In this document: one piece after another, positions 59,509-64,000 of the stretch
How the letters are laid out: every line of letters starts with the position of its first letter
How positions within the stretch are numbered: position 1 is the stretch's first letter
Virus record (IMG/VR): IMGVR_UViG_3300021963_007890
Span: 32,001 to 96,000 of that record
Origin: a virus
Direction: 5' to 3' (one strand)
Length of the DNA stretch: 64,000 bases
Notes under the pieces: generated by a model
What the model was told of the DNA's origin: nothing
Databases searched by the model: none
What the model saw: the letters and a program-made list of their open reading frames with translations, nothing else
Translations under genes and position numbers: made by a program

Positions 59509-61173
59509 ATGGAATCAAGATACAGGGAACTAGAACACCTCATCACTAAATTTACCAGGCAAATACCCGATACTGAAGAATATAACACAAGACTAGCAGA
59601 AGAATTAGAACTCATAGCACAACTAGGTTTTGCCAAACACTTTCTAAGAGTTAGAGAAATATTGGATCTAACTCGTGACATTCCACACATAACCAGAGGT
59701 TCAGCAGGCTCAAGCCTGATCTGTTATCTAATGGCTATATCAGATGTAGATCCTGTTAAGGAACGCATACCTTTAGCACGTTTTATGAATCCTAAACGTG
59801 ATGACTTACCTGACATAGACTTAGACTTTCCTCACTGGCAACAGGAAACTGTGATGAACAGGATATACAAAAGATGGCCAGGACAATCTGCCCGTGTGTC
59901 AAACTATGTAACCTATAAAGAAAAATCTGCCATACGAGAAGCCGCTAAGAGATATGGTGCCAAGGGCAGACTACCTCGCAATATTGATCTCGATAAGGTT
60001 GTGCCCGAATTCGCCGAAGATGCCAAAAGGCTAGTTAAAAAACTACTAGGTAAGAAACGCTGTATATCTAAACACTGCGGTGGCATATTGATCTTTGATC
60101 GCTCAGTGCCTAAAAGCCTAATCAATGCTGAGAATCAAATTCTACTGGACAAATATGAAATTGAAGATCTTGAACACTTTAAGATAGATATCTTGGCTAA
60201 TCGTGGGCTAAGTCAACTATGGGAAATAGAACAGCGTTCATTGTCTGACTATCCCGAACATGATGAGGCTACCAGCGAACTATTGTGTCGTGGTGATATA
60301 CTGGGTGTAACACAGGGTGAAAGCCCTGCTATGAAGCGTCTGTTTCGTGCTATTCGTCCTAAGAGCAAGAGTGACTGCACCTTGGCCACAGCACTGATTC
60401 GTCCAGTGGCTACACAAGGTCGTCGTAAGGCCAGTTTCTTTCAAGACTGGTCAAAGGATGGATTTCAAGATACCATAGTGTTCGAAGATGATGCCATAGA
60501 ACTTATATCAGAGATTCTAGGCTGTGATACGTATACCGCAGACATGTGGCGTCGTGCTTTTGCCAAAAAGAACGAAGAAAAGATGTTCGAATTCCTACAA
60601 CTAGTGGGCGATCATCCACGTAAGGACGATGTGTTTATGGCGCTGAAAGAACTCAGCCACTTTGGTCTGTGTCGTGCTCATGCCATAAACTTAGGAAGGT
60701 TGATCTGGGCCTTGGCATACCAAAAGGCTCATAACCCCGAAGCATTCTGGCGTGCTGCCCTCAAACACTGTCAAGGCTCATATGCTCGTTGGGTCTATTG
60801 GCAAGAAGCAAAGTTAGCGGGTGCTGTGCCTTCCATAGGCCAGGGTGGTGAAATTGAGGATCTAATGAAAATGGGTCGTTGGCGTTCAAAGAGTTTTATA
60901 CCTGTGTGCCAGGAAATTCGCAAGCCAGGGCAGGTAGAGTTCTGTGGATTGGTAGCAAACTATCGTGTGTTCAAATCTAAGCCTAAAGAGTATATAACAT
61001 TTGTCACACTGGGCACAGGCAATGGTCGTTACTTGGATGTGGTTCTACCTCATGCTGTGAGCCTACATGATCATCCTATTATCTGGGGCACGGGCAAATT
61101 GGGGTATAAAAATAACACAGAATATGTTACAGTATACAAGCATAAAAGAATCAAACTACAAGAATTAGTATGA
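59509..61173 (+). CDS. dnaE: Minimal family-C DNA polymerase (DnaE-like, lacking the PHP domain)
   Basis: RGSAGSSLICY, FMNPKRDDLPDIDLDF, HCGGI, KIDILANRGL, RAHAI and a C-terminal OB-like FVTL motif; only 554 aa. Confidence 0.85.
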   Translation: MESRYRELEHLITKFTRQIPDTEEYNTRLAEELELIAQLGFAKHFLRVREILDLTRDIPHITRGSAGSSLICYLMAISDVDPVKERIPLARFMNPKRDDLPDIDLDFPHWQQETVMNRIYKRWPGQSARVSNYVTYKEKSAIREAAKRYGAKGRLPRNIDLDKVVPEFAEDAKRLVKKLLGKKRCISKHCGGILIFDRSVPKSLINAENQILLDKYEIEDLEHFKIDILANRGLSQLWEIEQRSLSDYPEHDEATSELLCRGDILGVTQGESPAMKRLFRAIRPKSKSDCTLATALIRPVATQGRRKASFFQDWSKDGFQDTIVFEDDAIELISEILGCDTYTADMWRRAFAKKNEEKMFEFLQLVGDHPRKDDVFMALKELSHFGLCRAHAINLGRLIWALAYQKAHNPEAFWRAALKHCQGSYARWVYWQEAKLAGAVPSIGQGGEIEDLMKMGRWRSKSFIPVCQEIRKPGQVEFCGLVANYRVFKSKPKEYITFVTLGTGNGRYLDVVLPHAVSLHDHPIIWGTGKLGYKNNTEYVTVYKHKRIKLQELV

Positions 61174-61457
61174 GATCACGACTACAAATATACACAGGTA
61201 AAGATGTCAAAGACCCCGCTTACATAGTGGGAGAACGTGCCGCATTGAAAGAACTAGCACAGGCTCTAATACAGGCAGCAGACAGCCCCGCAGGTTTTCA
61301 AACGGTGAACCTATACAAGGGCAACGGACACGACTATGAAATCTTTGTTACTAAAAACGTCAAAGAAGCAGAATGGCAGGACATGCCACAACAACCTGAT
61401 AAACTGGACTTTATATCCGAGTACGATAGTTTGAAGAAAAGTCTTCAGAAACTGTAA
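61170..61457 (+). CDS. Hypothetical protein
   Basis: 95 aa (AYIVGERAALKELA). Confidence 0.6.
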   Translation: MRSRLQIYTGKDVKDPAYIVGERAALKELAQALIQAADSPAGFQTVNLYKGNGHDYEIFVTKNVKEAEWQDMPQQPDKLDFISEYDSLKKSLQKL

Positions 61458-61469
61458 TAATTCTGTAAT
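61452..61469 (+). promoter_or_regulatory. Pho box (PhoB binding site)
   Basis: CTGTAAT-AATT-CTGTAAT direct repeat with 11-bp period, matching CTGTCAT-A(A/T)A(T/A)-CTGT(C/A)A(C/T). A TGnTAATAT -10 lies 10 nt downstream. Directly upstream of phoX-pstS. Confidence 0.8.
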
Positions 61470-61528
61470 TATTATATGCTAATATAAATGTAAATATTAG
61501 CAACAATCATTTACATAGGAGAAAGCAG

Positions 61529-63742
61529 ATGATTACAGAGACTGAGAATACGTCTAACAATTCACATATCAGTGATGTGATTAAAGAGATGTTAGGCAAC
61601 CCAAATCGCCGAAGTTTCCTAAAAGGAAGTTCGGCTTTTTTAACGGCGGCAACAGGTGCCACATTGGCAGGTTGTGCCAGTGGTGACGATGATTTTTTTA
61701 CTCGTCCTACGGCCTTAACTTTTGAAGCAGTTCCTAAGAACACTTTAGATAAGGTCACACTACCCCCAGGTTATCAATTCACAGTGCTACACGGCACTGG
61801 TGATAGACTAGTAAGTAGTATTCCTGCTTATTCAAACAAAGGTACAGAAACCGATGACTGGAGCCAGCGAGTAGGCGATCATCACGATGGTATTGAATTA
61901 TTTCACTTAGACAGTGCTGGCAAATATACTAAAAATATGACTGATCGTGCTCTACTATGTATGAACCATGAAAGTTCAGCAGACGCACATTTCTTTCATC
62001 CTAACGGACAGACCAGTAATGGCGTCAGTGGAAAGAAATATGATCAATTCGGTCAATGGGACCTAGGCACACGCCCAGGATTAGAAGCACTTAAAGAAAT
62101 CAATCATCACGGTGTTAGTATTGTAGAGATCAACCGAGGCAGCACTGGCTGGACCTACAAGTTAGATAGTGCCTTCAATCGTAGAATAAACCCACAAACT
62201 GTTTGTCGTGTGGCAGGACCAGCAGCAGAGTTAGCCAATATTAAAGCATTATTAGCAACTAAGTTTGATACCACTGGTGCTACTGCTCGTGGAACCCTAA
62301 ACAACTGCGGCACAGGATATACTCCTTGGGGCACATTCTTAACCTGTGAAGAAAACTGGGCTACCTATTTTGCCATGCCCAAAGGAAGTCAAGCACCAGA
62401 CGCTCGTATGACACAGACCAGAGCAAGATATGGTGTTCGTAACTCAGCAACTGCTGCCACTGCTACAACAGCAAACACACAGGGATGGCATACTGTAACC
62501 GATCAACCAGATACAGCATTTAGATTTAGTCGTTGGGATGTCAGCATCAAAGGTGCTACAGAGCGTGACGACTTCCGTAACGAACCACAGACCTTCGGAT
62601 ATATTGTTGAGATTGATCCTACCCAGCCAAACAGTCAACCTGTTAAACGAGTGGCCATGGGAAGGACCGCTCACGAGGCCTGTGTGTTCGGCAAATTGGA
62701 AGCAGGCAAGCCAGTGACATTTTATATGGGTTGTGACAGTCGCAATGAGTACATTTACAAATGGGTAAGTACAAAAACTTGGGATCCTGCTGATTTCGGT
62801 GGCGGCACTGCTGCTGGCGACAAGTATCTCAATGATGGTAAATTGTATGTGGCCAAGTTTGCTGCTGATGGCACAGGTATGTGGTTAGAACTCTCAATCA
62901 CTAATCCTGCTATTGCTAACTATGCTACATTTAAGTTTAACAATCAAGCAGAAATTTATGTGTTCACAAGATTGGCGGCTGATGCTGTAGGTGCTACAAA
63001 AATGGATCGTCCTGAGTGGGGTGCTGTGAATCCTGCCAATGGCGAGATTTATTTCGCACTGACAAATAATAGTGCGGCAAATCGTACCCCAAATACCACT
63101 GACGCAGCCAACCCAAGAAGTTATGCTGATCCAGATGGAAAAATGGGTTCAGGCAATCCTAACGGACATATTATTCGTTTTAAGGAAAGTTCAACAGGAC
63201 TAACATTCCAGTTTGATATTTTCTTATTCGGTTCTGAAGAAGATAACGCTGCCAGTAACATCAGTAAACTTACTGCTAAAAACTCATTCAGTAGCCCAGA
63301 TGGTTTATGGTTCAGCAAGGCCACTGGTCTATGCTGGATTCAAACCGATGACGGTGCTTACACAGATGAAGTTCATTGTATGCTATTGGTTGCAATTCCA
63401 GGACAAGTTGGTGATGGTAAGGCTGTAACAATTACCAATACCCTAAGTGGTGCTACTAAAGATCAGGCAACATTTGTCGGTGCCGAATTAGGTGAAACAA
63501 AGTTGCGTAGATTCTTAACAGGTCCAGCAGGTTGTGAAATAACCGGTATTGCTGAATCCGCAGATGGTAGAACTATATTTGTCAATGTTCAACATCCTGG
63601 CGAAAATACCACAGCAGCATTTTGGACAGGCACAGCACCTGAAAGCCAATGGCCTGGTAACGCAGGTTATGGTGTAACAGGTCGTCCTCGTTCTGCTACC
63701 TTGGTAATCACAAAGGTTGACGGCGGACTAATAGGTGTATAA
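61529..63742 (+). CDS. phoX: PhoX-family alkaline phosphatase (Tat-exported)
   Basis: NRRSFLK Tat motif, GDHHDG, MNHE, NNCGTG.TPWGTFLTCEEN, GRTAHE, MDRPEW, SPDGL, EITG, NVQHPG. Confidence 0.93.
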   Translation: MITETENTSNNSHISDVIKEMLGNPNRRSFLKGSSAFLTAATGATLAGCASGDDDFFTRPTALTFEAVPKNTLDKVTLPPGYQFTVLHGTGDRLVSSIPAYSNKGTETDDWSQRVGDHHDGIELFHLDSAGKYTKNMTDRALLCMNHESSADAHFFHPNGQTSNGVSGKKYDQFGQWDLGTRPGLEALKEINHHGVSIVEINRGSTGWTYKLDSAFNRRINPQTVCRVAGPAAELANIKALLATKFDTTGATARGTLNNCGTGYTPWGTFLTCEENWATYFAMPKGSQAPDARMTQTRARYGVRNSATAATATTANTQGWHTVTDQPDTAFRFSRWDVSIKGATERDDFRNEPQTFGYIVEIDPTQPNSQPVKRVAMGRTAHEACVFGKLEAGKPVTFYMGCDSRNEYIYKWVSTKTWDPADFGGGTAAGDKYLNDGKLYVAKFAADGTGMWLELSITNPAIANYATFKFNNQAEIYVFTRLAADAVGATKMDRPEWGAVNPANGEIYFALTNNSAANRTPNTTDAANPRSYADPDGKMGSGNPNGHIIRFKESSTGLTFQFDIFLFGSEEDNAASNISKLTAKNSFSSPDGLWFSKATGLCWIQTDDGAYTDEVHCMLLVAIPGQVGDGKAVTITNTLSGATKDQATFVGAELGETKLRRFLTGPAGCEITGIAESADGRTIFVNVQHPGENTTAAFWTGTAPESQWPGNAGYGVTGRPRSATLVITKVDGGLIGV

Positions 63743-63745
63743 AAT

Positions 63746-63769
63746 AGTAGGGGACTCTGGTCCCCTACT
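63746..63769 (+). promoter_or_regulatory. Intergenic hairpin AGTAGGGGA-ctctgg-TCCCCTACT
   Basis: Inverted repeat between phoX and pstS with no U-tract. Confidence 0.55.
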
Positions 63770-63792
63770 CTAACACACATAAGGAAAATTTA

Positions 63793-64000
63793 ATGAAACG
63801 ACTAATCGCAGCCGTTGCGACTGCTCTATTCGCAACGATCACACAAGCAGCGGAAATCACAGGGGCCGGTGCTACATTTCCCTATCCTATCTACGCCAAA
63901 TGGGCCGAAGCATATAATAAGGCCACTGGTAATACACTAAACTATCAAAGTATTGGCAGTTCAGGTGGTATCCGTCAAATCAATAATAAGACAGTCTCAT
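63793..64000 (+). CDS. pstS: Phosphate ABC transporter substrate-binding protein PstS (3'-truncated by the window)
   Basis: [41 protein letters not shown]...[14 protein letters not shown]. Confidence 0.92.
   Translation, partial: MKRLIAAVATALFATITQAAEITGAGATFPYPIYAKWAEAYNKATGNTLNYQSIGSSGGIRQINNKTVS

Noticed and set aside
1-64000. Stop-codon reassignment (seen in some jumbo phages)
   Set aside because: Known genes (nrdA, dnaK, phoX, csgG) are full-length under the standard code, and TAA, TGA and TAG all end genes.
44369-64000. Bacterial chromosome segment or prophage boundary
   Set aside because: Host-like genes are interleaved with phage-type hypothetical genes and share the same TAAATA promoters and composition. 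Normal operon partners (dnaJ/grpE, clpA, csgDE) are missing.

Overview
This window looks like part of a large, AT-rich, T4-related ('jumbo/huge') dsDNA bacteriophage genome read with the standard genetic code. The host is probably a proteobacterium; Betaproteobacteria is an inference from the DnaK, PstS and cytochrome c sequences. 1-21 kb holds giant fibre/structural genes, including a 4471-aa repeat protein. 21-33 kb holds late/head-associated genes, several starting with a T4-type capsid-targeting-like N-terminus, plus a 972-aa multi-module polyprotein and a small minus-strand micro-ORF operon. 33-44 kb holds nrdAB, glutaredoxin, an M15 peptidase, ribosomal protein bS21 and nucleases. 44-48 kb holds a free-standing HemA-dimerisation-like domain, dnaK, hsp20, clpS, heme oxygenase and a bilin reductase; a second bilin reductase lies at 21 kb. 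49.9-55.2 kb is a curli-like secretion/amyloid operon (csgF, csgG, two curlin-repeat proteins, FecR). 57.9-64 kb holds a class II aldolase, cytochrome c, a PHP-less mini-DnaE, and Pho-box-preceded phoX-pstS. Regulatory signals read directly from the sequence: many TAAATA late promoters (several leaderless, several inside RBS-occluding hairpins), three consensus sigma70 promoters, ROSE-like hairpins before dnaK and hsp20, and a candidate small structured RNA. All functional calls come from motif recognition only; no database search was run.
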